A stretch of DNA of 64,000 nucleotides from an uncultured Acidobacteriota bacterium (GCA_963698025.1 OY969112.1:1341242-1405241), one strand, 5' to 3'; shown: positions 25,036-35,178, numbered from the stretch's first letter. Translations and numbers: made by a program. Notes: generated by a model from the letters alone, not told the origin.

Positions 25036-25524
25036 ATGGCCCCGGAGCTCTCCCTGGCGGAGATCGTGTCGAAGCTGGAGGCGCAGATCGTTTTTCATCG
25101 CGAGCGGGAGGCTCTCGCCGCCGGGCAGGAGGCGGTCTACCGCGAGCAGCGGAAGGTCCACGCGGCCGAGCTGGAGGCGCTGACGCGCAATCTCGAAGCC
25201 CTGAAGGGCGCCGCGGCCACCGCCGTCGAGCTCGCCAGCCGCCCCCTTCCCGATTTTCACCCGTTCGTGGGACCCGATCCGGATGCCGGCCGCCGGATGA
25301 CGCTCCCCCGCAGGGTGGCGCGGGTTCTCGAGAGCCTGCCCCCCGGTCCCTTCGGGACCGCCGCGGTCACGGCCGAGCTCAACCGGCGCTACCGGGAGGC
25401 GCTGAGGCGCCCGGTGCCGGCGCGGCTGGTCTCGATCGTCCTGCGCCGGCTGCTCGCCACCGGCCAGCTGCGCTCCGTCCGCGAGGGGCGGCCGCACCAC
25501 GAGGCGCTCTACGTGCTCCCTTGA
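25036..25524 (+). CDS. Hypothetical protein: N-terminal coiled coil plus C-terminal winged-helix-like segment
   Basis: GGAGGA lies 4 nt upstream of the ATG at 25036 (alternative ATG at 25024). The C-terminus LVSIVLRRLLATGQLRSVREG looks like a wHTH recognition region. The longer track ORF would run through the repeat element. Confidence 0.5.
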   Translation: MAPELSLAEIVSKLEAQIVFHREREALAAGQEAVYREQRKVHAAELEALTRNLEALKGAAATAVELASRPLPDFHPFVGPDPDAGRRMTLPRRVARVLESLPPGPFGTAAVTAELNRRYREALRRPVPARLVSIVLRRLLATGQLRSVREGRPHHEALYVLP

Positions 25525-25533
25525 CCGAGCTTG

Positions 25534-25567
25534 ATGCTTGCCAAGCATATTTGTTAATTGCTATATT
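25534..25567 (+). promoter_or_regulatory. Putative sigma70 promoter of lanA with overlapping palindromic operator
   Basis: TTGCCA (25538-25543), an 18-nt spacer, then TATATT (25562-25567), inside the only AT-rich patch upstream of lanA. The perfect palindrome ATGCTTG-c-CAAGCAT (25534-25548) covers the -35. Confidence 0.55.
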
Positions 25568-25647
25568 CAGCTCGCCGGGTGGAGAAGGGACCTGCCGCCC
25601 GGAGCCGTGTTCGCCGTGGTCCGCAACCGAATGCCAAGGAGAATGCA

Positions 25648-25869
25648 ATGAAGAAACTCGACGTGGCCCGTGCCTGGCGTGACGAGGAGTACCGCAACAG
25701 TCTCACCGACGAGGAGCGGGCCAGCCTGCCCGAGAACCCCGCCGGCATGGCAACGGTGGACGACTCCGCCCTGCGGAGCATCACCGGTGGCGCGCGGAGC
25801 TCGATCCCCTACCCCGATTGCACCACCTTCGTGGGCTCCTGCGTCAAGCCGGGCCAGCAGTGCCCGTAG
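25648..25869 (+). CDS. lanA: Class II lanthipeptide precursor LanA (mersacidin/lichenicidin-type leader, GG cleavage motif)
   Basis: AAGGAG RBS. The 48-aa leader is MKKLDVARAWRDEEYRNSLTDEERASLPENPAGMATVDDSALRSITGG. The 25-aa core is ARSSIPYPDCTTFVGSCVKPGQQCP (3 Cys, 5 Ser/Thr). It lies directly upstream of lanM. Confidence 0.8.
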   Translation: MKKLDVARAWRDEEYRNSLTDEERASLPENPAGMATVDDSALRSITGGARSSIPYPDCTTFVGSCVKPGQQCP

Positions 25870-25893
25870 GCTGAGCCTGACCTTCTGACTCCG

Positions 25894-25921
25894 GGCGGGC
25901 GGGCCTGGCGGTCCGCCCGCC
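25894..25921 (+). promoter_or_regulatory. Stem-loop between lanA and lanM (putative attenuator or mRNA-stabilising hairpin)
   Basis: A 12-bp GC-rich stem (one G-U pair) with tetraloop tggc, followed by a weak cgcttt. Confidence 0.5.
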
Positions 25922-25957
25922 GCTTTCGACATCCTTCGCGGAAGGGTCTGACGCCGA

Positions 25958-28900
25958 ATGACGGACGAGATCTTCGATGCCCCGGAGTGGTTCGAGGCCC
26001 TGACGCTCGCCGAGCGCGCCGCCCTCCTGGACGCCGGGAGCGGCGAGGCCCCGCCTGCCGAGCGGCGGGAGCGCTCGGCACGGAAGGCGACCCGCTGGAG
26101 AAACGAGTCGGACCTGCTCGACGACGAGGTCTTCGCCGAGCGTCTCGCTCTCGACGGCCTGACGCCGGACCGCTTCCTGCGCGTCCTGGCCGAGCCGGCC
26201 ACCGGCCTGCGCGAGCGGGCGAAGGGGCGCCCCGGCTGGTTGCAGACCCTGGCGCGGGCTTTCTCCCAGCCCCCTCCCCCCCTCCCCTCCGGCCTCGCCG
26301 GCGAGGGGAGCCTCGGCGTGCTCGAGCTGCTGCGCCCCCTCATCGCCGAGTCTCACGCCCGTCTCCTGGAAGGCTTGCGGCGGATCGCCTCCGGGGCGCC
26401 GGGGAGCCTCGAGCCCGAAGCGATCGCCACCGCCCTCCTCGAGACCCTGGTCCGGCGGCTCCGCTGGGCGAGCGAGAGGGCTCTCGCGCTGGAGCTTCAC
26501 GTCAGCCGTCTCCAGGGGGAGCTCCAGGGGGAGACCCCGGAGGAACGGTTCCGGAGCTTCGCCGGCATCCTGCGCCAGCCCGCCGCCGCCCTGGAGATCC
26601 TCCGGCGCTACCCGGTGCTGGCCCGCGACGCCTGCCGCCACGCGGAGCAGTGGGTCGAGACGAGCCTGGAGATGATGCAGCGCTTCGCCGAAGACCGCGG
26701 CGCAATCGTCCGCGAGCTCGCCGCCGGCGCGGAGCCGGGGCCGGTAGTGGCCGTCCAGAGCGGGCTCAGCGACCGTCACGGCGGCGGACGATCGGTGGCG
26801 ATCCTCTCCTTTGCCTCGGGGCTGCGGACCGTCTACAAGCCCAAGCCCCTGGCCGTCGACCGGCGGTTCCAGGCGCTCGTCGCCTGGCTCAACGAGCGGG
26901 GAGGCGCGCCGCCGCTGCGCCGTCTCGCGGTTCTCGACCGCGGCGGCTACGGCTGGGTGGAGCACGTCGCCGCCCGCCCCTGCGAGACGCCGGAGGAGGC
27001 GGAGCGCTTCCACGAGCGGCAGGGGGCCTGGGTGGCCCTGTTCTATGCCCTGGAGGCCACCGATTTCCACCACGAGAACCTGATCGCCGAGGGCGAGCAC
27101 CCGGTGCCGATCGACCTCGAAACCCTCTTTCAGCCGGCCCGCACCGCCCCGGCCGCCAGCGGCCCCGGATACCTGCCCACGGCCCAGACGGTGCTGAACA
27201 GCGGCCTTCTCCCCAGACGGTTCGGGGACACGGCTGCCGACGAAGGGCTCGATCTGAGCGGCATGGGAGCCGTGGGGGGACAGAGGCTCGCGGTGAGGCG
27301 CATGACCGGCGAGGGGACGGACCACATGCGCTGGGCCCTGCACGAGACGGAGCTGGCCGCCGGCCCCAACCTTCCGACCCTGCGGGGTGAGCCGCTGGTG
27401 CTGTGGGAGCACGGCGAGTCCGTCCGGCGCGGCTTCCGCTCGATGTACCGGCTGCTCTGCCGCCATCGCGAGGAGCTCCTCGCCGCCGGAGGGCCGCTGT
27501 CGCCGTTCGCCGGCCTGCCGATCCGCACCCTGCTGCGCGGCACCGGCATCTACGCCCACCTGCTCCACGTGGGCCACCACCCCGACTACCTGCAGAGCGC
27601 CCTCGACCGCGATCGCCTCTATGACCGGTTGTGGCTGGACGCGGTGGCCTACGCGCCGTTCCGGCGGGCCGTGCACGGCGAGCGGCAGGACCTGTCCGCC
27701 GGCGACATTCCCCTCTGGGGGAGCCTGACCACCTCGACCGACCTCCTCCACCCTGGAGGGTGCCGGGTCGCGGATTTCTTCGCGACCTCCGGGCTGGAGC
27801 TCGTCCGAGCGCGATTGCGGGCGATGAGCGAAGACGACCTGGAACGGCAGAGCTGGCTCGTCGAAGCCTCGATCGAGGCCACCCGCGCTCTCGACGAGCG
27901 CTGGACCTGGCCGTCCACGAGCCTGCCGGAGGCCGGCCCCGCCGAGCCCGGGCGCTTCCTGGCCGCGGCCCGGCGGATCGGCGACCGCGTGGCGCGGCTG
28001 GCCGTCGAACAGGGGGGGATCGTGACCTGGTTCCAGCTCGACCTGCGGCCCGGAGGGTGGTTCCTGGAGCCGATGGCGGTCGACCTTTACACCGGCCTCC
28101 CCGGTCTCGCCCTCTTCTTCGCCCACCTCGGACGCCTCTCGGGGGAGGAGCGCTACGAGCGTCTGGCCCGGCTCGCCCTGGATACGGCCCGGCGGCGGAT
28201 CGCGGCCGGGCCCGGAGCGCTGGCCCACCCCGGCGCCTTCAGCGGCTGGGGAGGGATCGTCTACACCCTCGCCCACCTCGGCTCCCTCTGGCAGGAGGCC
28301 GGGCTGCTCGATGAGGCGGAAGCGCTGGCGACCGGGATGCCCGGCGTCGAGGAGGACGAGGCGTTCGACCTCGTCGCCGGCTCCGCGGGGGCTCTGGCCG
28401 CGATCCTGGCGCTGCATCGCCGCCGCCCCTCCCGCGCCCTCCTGGACGCCGCGGTCCGGTGCGGCGAGCGCCTCCTCGCCGGCGCCGTCGTCGCCGAGCG
28501 CGGCCACGGCTGGCCCCCCTTCGGGGAGGTGAGCCGCGTGCCGCTCACCGGCTTCAGCCACGGTGTGGCCGGCGTCTCCTGGGCCCTGGCCTGGCTCGCC
28601 CACGCCTCGGGCCAGGAACGGTTCCGCGAGGCGGCGCGGGGCGCCCTCCGGTACGAGCGGAGCTGGTTCGACGCCGGGCGCGACAACTGGCCCGACCTGC
28701 GGGAGAGTCACAAGGCTCCTGAAGGACGGGACTTCCTTTACGCGTGGTGCCACGGCGCGCCGGGGATCGGGCTCGGGCGCGCCGGCACCCTGCCGTACCT
28801 GGAAGATCCGGAGATGCTCCCGGAGATCCGGGCCGCCGTGCGCTCCACCCGGGCCGAGGGGTTCGGCGGCAGCCAGTGCCTCTGCCACGGCGACCTGGGG

Positions 28901-29152
28901 AACCTGGAGCTCGTGCGCGAGGCCGGCCGGGCGCTGGGGGACCCGGAGCTGGCGGCCGAGGCCGACCGGCTGGCCGCCCGCATCCTGGTGCGGATCGAGA
29001 ACGGAGGCCTGCGCTGCGGCACCAGCGCCAAAACCGACAGCCTCGGCCTCATGGTCGGCCTCGCGGGGATCGGCTACGGCCTGCTCCGCGCCGCCTGGCC
29101 GGACCGCGTGCCTTCCGTTCTGCTGCTGGAGACGCCGGCTCCAGGGAGCTGA
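25958..29152 (+). CDS. lanM: Class II lanthipeptide synthetase LanM (DUF4135 dehydratase domain plus LanC-like cyclase domain)
   Basis: A 1064-aa protein with the kinase-like core YKPKPL...FHHENLIAEGEHPVPIDLE. The C-terminal LanC-like domain has WCHGAPGIG and CLCHGDLGNLE zinc-ligand motifs. Confidence 0.9.
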   Translation: MTDEIFDAPEWFEALTLAERAALLDAGSGEAPPAERRERSARKATRWRNESDLLDDEVFAERLALDGLTPDRFLRVLAEPATGLRERAKGRPGWLQTLARAFSQPPPPLPSGLAGEGSLGVLELLRPLIAESHARLLEGLRRIASGAPGSLEPEAIATALLETLVRRLRWASERALALELHVSRLQGELQGETPEERFRSFAGILRQPAAALEILRRYPVLARDACRHAEQWVETSLEMMQRFAEDRGAIVRELAAGAEPGPVVAVQSGLSDRHGGGRSVAILSFASGLRTVYKPKPLAVDRRFQALVAWLNERGGAPPLRRLAVLDRGGYGWVEHVAARPCETPEEAERFHERQGAWVALFYALEATDFHHENLIAEGEHPVPIDLETLFQPARTAPAASGPGYLPTAQTVLNSGLLPRRFGDTAADEGLDLSGMGAVGGQRLAVRRMTGEGTDHMRWALHETELAAGPNLPTLRGEPLVLWEHGESVRRGFRSMYRLLCRHREELLAAGGPLSPFAGLPIRTLLRGTGIYAHLLHVGHHPDYLQSALDRDRLYDRLWLDAVAYAPFRRAVHGERQDLSAGDIPLWGSLTTSTDLLHPGGCRVADFFATSGLELVRARLRAMSEDDLERQSWLVEASIEATRALDERWTWPSTSLPEAGPAEPGRFLAAARRIGDRVARLAVEQGGIVTWFQLDLRPGGWFLEPMAVDLYTGLPGLALFFAHLGRLSGEERYERLARLALDTARRRIAAGPGALAHPGAFSGWGGIVYTLAHLGSLWQEAGLLDEAEALATGMPGVEEDEAFDLVAGSAGALAAILALHRRRPSRALLDAAVRCGERLLAGAVVAERGHGWPPFGEVSRVPLTGFSHGVAGVSWALAWLAHASGQERFREAARGALRYERSWFDAGRDNWPDLRESHKAPEGRDFLYAWCHGAPGIGLGRAGTLPYLEDPEMLPEIRAAVRSTRAEGFGGSQCLCHGDLGNLELVREAGRALGDPELAAEADRLAARILVRIENGGLRCGTSAKTDSLGLMVGLAGIGYGLLRAAWPDRVPSVLLLETPAPGS

Positions 29153-29316
29153 AAGGCTCTTGTAATTCTTACCGGCTTTTTACGTGTTTTTGCCTTCCCA
29201 GAGCGCGGAATTCCTTTTCCCTGGAAAGGGTTGTACACTCTGACGCAGACGATACCTATCGGCCCCGGCGTCTTGCGCGGCAAGGCGTTCTACATCTTTG
29301 GAGGGTTACTCGCGAG

Positions 29317-30276
29317 ATGCTGAGAAAGCCAACTTCTGCCGATCGTTCGACCGCTCCCGGGAAGGCGCTCCGCCTCCCCTCCGCCCTGCTGGTCCTGACC
29401 CTCGCCGCTCTCTACTCCGCCAACGCTCCCCAGGCCTCCACCGCTCAGGACGCTCCGACGGTCGCCGCCGCTCCCGCGGTAACGACTGAAGCGACTGCAA
29501 GCGTGATGCCGGCGGTCTTTTCCCAGCGGGCCCAGGGGCTCTCCCCCAAGGTCCTCGCGATGGCGCTCGACGCGGTCTCCACCGCTCGCGCTCGCGGCAT
29601 CTCCGGCCGGAGCGACCGGCTGACGGTCATCGACTACTCCCTCCCCTCCACCCAGCCGCGGCTCTGGGTGCTCGATCTCGAGCGGGGGAAGGTGCTGTAC
29701 CACGAGCTGGTGGCGCACGGCGCCGGCAGCGGCGACAAGTACGCCACCCACTTCTCGAACGTCAACGACAGCCGGGCGACAAGCCTCGGCCTGTTCCTGA
29801 CCGGCGACACCTACGAGGGGGGCAACGGCTACTCGCTCGTGCTCAGGGGGCTGGATGCGGGCGTCAACGACTTGGCCGAGATGCGGCACATCGTGATGCA
29901 CGGCGCGTGGTACGTCAGCGACGACCACTCCCGGCAGTTCGGCATGATCGGACGCAGTTGGGGTTGCCCGGCGCTTCCGCTGCCGGACGCGCAGCCGGTG
30001 ATCGACGCCATCAAGGGGGGGAGCTTCGTCTTCTCCTACGCCGCCTCTTCCCCGAGGCCGAGCTCGACCGTGATGCGCGCCTCGTACTCCCCCGTTCCCC
30101 GCGTCAGCCCGCGCGCGCTCCGCCCGCTCCGGACCTCCACCCGCGCCTCCTCGGTCGCGCGCCACGCCTCCCGCCCCGCAGTGAGCCGGCGCGGCAAGGC
30201 GACGAGGACCGCGATGCGGATCGCCTCCAAGGCTCCGGCCCGGACCACCACCCGGACCGTCCGGTCGGCGCGCTGA
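29317..30276 (+). CDS. L,D-transpeptidase catalytic-domain family protein (YkuD_2-like) with basic Ser/Thr/Arg-rich tail
   Basis: A signal peptide, HG(A/S)G and GRSWGCPAL active-site-like motifs, and a ~80-aa low-complexity R/S/T/P tail. Confidence 0.7.
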   Translation: MLRKPTSADRSTAPGKALRLPSALLVLTLAALYSANAPQASTAQDAPTVAAAPAVTTEATASVMPAVFSQRAQGLSPKVLAMALDAVSTARARGISGRSDRLTVIDYSLPSTQPRLWVLDLERGKVLYHELVAHGAGSGDKYATHFSNVNDSRATSLGLFLTGDTYEGGNGYSLVLRGLDAGVNDLAEMRHIVMHGAWYVSDDHSRQFGMIGRSWGCPALPLPDAQPVIDAIKGGSFVFSYAASSPRPSSTVMRASYSPVPRVSPRALRPLRTSTRASSVARHASRPAVSRRGKATRTAMRIASKAPARTTTRTVRSAR

Positions 30277-30390
30277 TCCCGGTCCCCAGGGCGCCCCCGG
30301 CGGGCGCCCTCTCGCCTCCTCCCCTCCTGGCCCGCCGCTTGCTTCTACAATCCGACCGCAGTACGCAGGCAGCCGATCGGGATTTCCGCG

Positions 30391-30843
30391 ATGCGGAGCT
30401 TCATCTCTCAAGGAACACCCCTTCTGAGGGGAATCGCTCTGGCCCTGGCCGCCGGCCTCCTCCTCGCCTGCCCATCGCAATCCCCCAGTGAAAAGCTGCT
30501 CGACGCCGCCAAGCCCGCGGGCTCCTGGATCGCCACCCTGCGGATGACCGGCGAGCGTTGGATCGCCAACAGCGTTCCGGAATCCTTCGTAAAGGCGGTC
30601 GTCGACGAGGCCCGTGACGCCCTCGGCAAGGTGGTGGACGAGGCGGGGAAGTCCCCGGCCCCCGCCGCGGCGCGGCTCCCCCTCCAGCGCCTGCTGCATG
30701 AAGCCCGGGCCGCGGGGTTCGGTCTCGAGAAGGCCGTGAAGGCGGGGGACCGGCCGGGCGCGGCGCGGCAGGTCGGCCGGCTGGCAGCGCTCCAGGGGGA
30801 GCTCGCGGCGTGGCGGAAACAGCAGGGAGGGGGCCCCTCGTGA
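30391..30843 (+). CDS. Putative lipoprotein, unknown function
   Basis: Lipobox LLLAC after a basic/hydrophobic N-terminus. The rest of the protein is helical. Confidence 0.5.
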   Translation: MRSFISQGTPLLRGIALALAAGLLLACPSQSPSEKLLDAAKPAGSWIATLRMTGERWIANSVPESFVKAVVDEARDALGKVVDEAGKSPAPAAARLPLQRLLHEARAAGFGLEKAVKAGDRPGAARQVGRLAALQGELAAWRKQQGGGPS

Positions 30844-32063
30844 ACGGCAAGAAGGCGGCGACCCTCGCGCTCGGCATCCTCACCAGCGTCGGCGGCTTCT
30901 TCGACGTCGGCAACATCGCCACCAGCGCCCAGGCAGGGGCCGTCTTCCGCTACCAGCTCCTCTGGGCGCTCCTCCTAGGGACGCTGCTGGTGGTCTTCCT
31001 GGTCGAGATGTCGGGCCGCTTCGCCGCCGTCACCCGCCAGGCCATGCCGGACGCCATCCGCACGCACTTCGGCTTCACCTTCTGGCTCGGGCCCTTCATC
31101 GTCCTCACCCTCGTCCACTTCCTCGTGCTCGGCGCGGAGATCGGCGGCATCTGCTTCGCCCTCCACCTGGTCTCGGGGCTGCCGGTGCAGTTCTGGGCCT
31201 TACCCGTCGCGGTCCTGCTCTGGCTTTTCCTCTGGCGGTCGACCTTCGGCGCCATCGAGAACAGCACGTCGCTGCTCGGCCTCATCACCTTGGCGTTCGT
31301 CTGGGCCGCCTGGCGCCACCACGGGCCGGCCGCGGAGATCCTGGCCGGCACACTGCCCACCCTCCCCCACCACGAGCCGGCGCGCTACTGGTTCATGGCG
31401 GTCAGCATCCTGGGAGCGGTGATCTCCCCCTACCTTTTCTACTTCTACTCCTCCGGCGCGGTGGAGGACGAGTGGGACGAGTCCTACATCTGGGTTAACC
31501 GCGGGGTCTCCGTGATCGGCATGGGGTTCGGCAGCCTGATCTCCGTGGGCGCGATCATCGTCGCCGCGGTCGTGCTCGCGCCGCGCGGCATCCAGGTGGA
31601 CGACTATCACCAGGCGGCGCTGATGCTCACCCAAGCCTTCCCGTTCTGGGGGTTCGTGCTGTTCGCCGCCTCGATGGGGATCGCCTGCCTCGGCGCCGCG
31701 GTGGAGGTCTCGCTGTCGATGGCGTACACGACCGCCCAGACGTTCGGCTGGAACTGGGGGGAGAACCTCGATCCGCGCGAGGACGCCCGCTTCTCGCTGA
31801 CCTACACCGGCGCAATCCTGGCGGCGGCGCTGCTGATCCTGTTCGGCGTCGATCCGCTGAAGCTGACCCTGCTCTCGATGGCGATCAACGCGGCGGTGCT
31901 GCCGTTCGTCGCCATCCCCTTCCTGCTGCTGATGAACGACCGCAAGGCGCTGGGGAAGCACGCCAACGGCTGGATCTCGAACACCGTGACCGTGGTGACG
32001 CTGCTGCTGGCGATCGTCCTCGCGGTGGTCTCGATCCCGCTGATGATCGTGGGGGGAAGTTGA
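30840..32063 (+). CDS. NRAMP-family divalent metal transporter (MntH-like)
   Basis: The GTG at 30840 overlaps the upstream stop (GTGA); an alternative ATG is at 30810. It carries a DPGN-variant motif DVGNIATSAQAGAVFRYQLLW and about 11 TM segments. Confidence 0.85.
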   Translation: MNGKKAATLALGILTSVGGFFDVGNIATSAQAGAVFRYQLLWALLLGTLLVVFLVEMSGRFAAVTRQAMPDAIRTHFGFTFWLGPFIVLTLVHFLVLGAEIGGICFALHLVSGLPVQFWALPVAVLLWLFLWRSTFGAIENSTSLLGLITLAFVWAAWRHHGPAAEILAGTLPTLPHHEPARYWFMAVSILGAVISPYLFYFYSSGAVEDEWDESYIWVNRGVSVIGMGFGSLISVGAIIVAAVVLAPRGIQVDDYHQAALMLTQAFPFWGFVLFAASMGIACLGAAVEVSLSMAYTTAQTFGWNWGENLDPREDARFSLTYTGAILAAALLILFGVDPLKLTLLSMAINAAVLPFVAIPFLLLMNDRKALGKHANGWISNTVTVVTLLLAIVLAVVSIPLMIVGGS

Positions 32064-32473
32064 TGGAGATCTCCAAAGACCTGAAGGACGGCATCGAGCT
32101 GGCCCGGGACATCCTCGACAAGCAGGTGGTCGACTGCGACGAGACCAAGATGGGGCGGGTCGACGGCCTCGTCCTCGAGCTGCGCGAGGGGCGGCCGCCG
32201 CGCGTCGACTCGATCGAGATGGGGGGGGTGGTCCTGGCGCGGCGCATCCATCCGCGGCTGGCGCGCTTCGTCGACGGCTGGCGCCGCCGCTTCGGCATCC
32301 GCAAGACCGCGGTCTACCGGGTGCCCTGGTCGGCGGTCGAGGAGATCACCTCGTACCACATCACGCTCGACGTCGCGGCGCTCGACACCCCCGCCTTCGA
32401 CTGGGAGCACTGGCTGCAGGACCACGTCATCGCCCACATCCCGGCGGCGGCGAAGGGGGGCGCCGAGGAGTGA
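32063..32473 (+). CDS. PRC-barrel-like domain protein
   Basis: The ATG overlaps the NRAMP stop (TGATG); the track start is TTG at 32060. The KQVVDCDETKMGRVDGLVLEL pattern resembles PRC-barrel proteins. Confidence 0.45.
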   Translation: MEISKDLKDGIELARDILDKQVVDCDETKMGRVDGLVLELREGRPPRVDSIEMGGVVLARRIHPRLARFVDGWRRRFGIRKTAVYRVPWSAVEEITSYHITLDVAALDTPAFDWEHWLQDHVIAHIPAAAKGGAEE

Positions 32474-32769
32474 AGACGATCCACTTCGAGCATCTGCTCG
32501 GCTGCGAGGTGCGCGACCGCGAGGGGAAGCGGGTGGGCCGGATCCTCGCCGTGAGCACCGGGCGCGAGGGGGAGGACCTCGTGGTGAGCGAGTACATGCT
32601 CGGCACCGCCGCCCTCCTCACCCGCCTCGGCCTCTCCGCCGGCCGGCTCGTCGGCCTGCGCGTCCGCCGGGAGCCGCTCTGCATCCCCTGGGACCAGCTC
32701 GACCTCCGCGACCCGAAGAAATTGCGGCTGCTGTGCCCGGTGGAGGAGCTGAAGGAGCGGAAGCGCTGA
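32470..32769 (+). CDS. PRC-barrel-like domain protein
   Basis: The GTG overlaps the upstream stop (GTGA). It has a LLGCEVRDREGKRVGRILAV pattern. Confidence 0.45.
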   Translation: MKTIHFEHLLGCEVRDREGKRVGRILAVSTGREGEDLVVSEYMLGTAALLTRLGLSAGRLVGLRVRREPLCIPWDQLDLRDPKKLRLLCPVEELKERKR

Positions 32770-32830
32770 ATCAGCCCCCGATCAGCTCCAGGAAATACGC
32801 AGTGCCTTCTCCGGATTCCTCGCCCCGAAG

Positions 32831-32996
32831 GGGCGAAATTTGAATAGCCTGGGGTTTCAACCCCAGGTAGGCGGCCCAACAAAACCCAAACCCCGAAGGG
32901 GTGGCCTGACGGTTGGAATCGGCCACCCTTACAGGGTTTGAATTTGGGGGGACCCTCTACCTGGAGTTGAAACCCCAGGCTATTCAAATTTCGCCC
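32831..32996. repeat. Perfect 31-bp inverted repeat pair with a structured 104-bp spacer (MITE/REP-like element between convergent genes)
   Basis: gggcgaaatttgaatagcctggggtttcaac (32831-32861) is the exact reverse complement of 32966-32996. Mini-hairpins ccccgaagggg occur twice (32823, 32891) and cccttacaggg twice (32926, 32994). Confidence 0.8.
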
Positions 32997-33045
32997 TTAC
33001 AGGGCGAGGGCGGGGACCAACCCCGCTCCTACGAAAGCTGCGTCC

Positions 33046-33709
33046 CTACTCCCCCCGCCTCTCCTGCCGTTCGGGGGGCAGGCTGGAGGCGGGGGTGCTG
33101 TCCACGGCGGGGGAATCGACGAACGGCTCTTCCGCCATCACTTCCGGACGGCTGCCGGGCTTCTCCGCCGGTATGGCGCCGGAACGGCACGCCGGGCACT
33201 CGGTGGGCCCATGGGAGGGCAGGTCGAGCTGCAGGAGCGACCGGAAGGGGACGTCGAACGGATCGCGCCCCGCCGTGCGGTCGATGATCGCGCCGATCGC
33301 GACCACCCGGGCGCCGCGGGCGGTGGCGAGCGAGGCGGTCTCCAGGGTCGAGCGGCCGGTGGTGACGACGTCCTCGATGATCACCACCCGCTCCCCCTGG
33401 CGCAGGGAGAACCCCCGGCGCAGCCCCATCTCCTCCCCCTTGCGCTCGCTGAAGCGGAAGGGGACGCCCAGCTCGGCGGCCACCTCGTAGCCGATGATGA
33501 TGCCGCCCAGCGCGGGGGCGAGCACCGAGTCGGGGTGGAACGAGCGCAGGAGCTCGGCGAGGTCCCCCCCCACCTTGCGCGCCCGCAGGGGGTCTTCGAG
33601 CAGCAGGGCGCACTGCACGTATGCCTCTGAATGGAGCCCTGAGGAGAGCAGGAAATGGCCGCGCCGCAGGGCGCCGCTCTCCTCGAGCATCTGCGTCAGT
33701 ATCCGCTGG

Positions 33710-33720
<11 letters not shown>
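33046..33720 (-). CDS. pyrE: Orotate phosphoribosyltransferase
   Basis: The PRPP-binding motif VVIIEDVVTTGRS and a PyrE-like N-terminus (GALRRGHFLLSSGLHS). It has an unusual ~45-aa C-terminal extension. Confidence 0.85.
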
Positions 33721-35098
<1,378 letters not shown>

Positions 35099-35111
35099 GG
35101 TTCACCAGAGT

Positions 35112-35149
35112 GTAACAAGAAAAGAAGGCCGGCCCTCGTGGGCCGGCCT
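35112..35149 (-). terminator. Rho-independent terminator downstream of degP
   Basis: On the minus strand: aggccggccc-acga-gggccggcct followed by TTCTTTTCTTGTT. It ends about 15 nt upstream of the regulator start codon. Confidence 0.6.
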
Positions 35150-35162
35150 GCAACCACCAGAT

Positions 35163-35178
35163 TGTCTGTCTGTCTGTC
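35163..35178. repeat. (TGTC)4 tetranucleotide microsatellite
   Basis: tgtctgtctgtctgtc, with a further ctgtctgtctc at about 35211. Confidence 0.8.

Noticed and set aside
32427-33287. Track ORFs 32427-32987(-) and 32913-33287(+) spanning the 31-bp inverted-repeat element.
   Set aside because: They overlap well-supported genes (the PRC-barrel genes and pyrE) or the palindromic element. Their composition looks non-coding.
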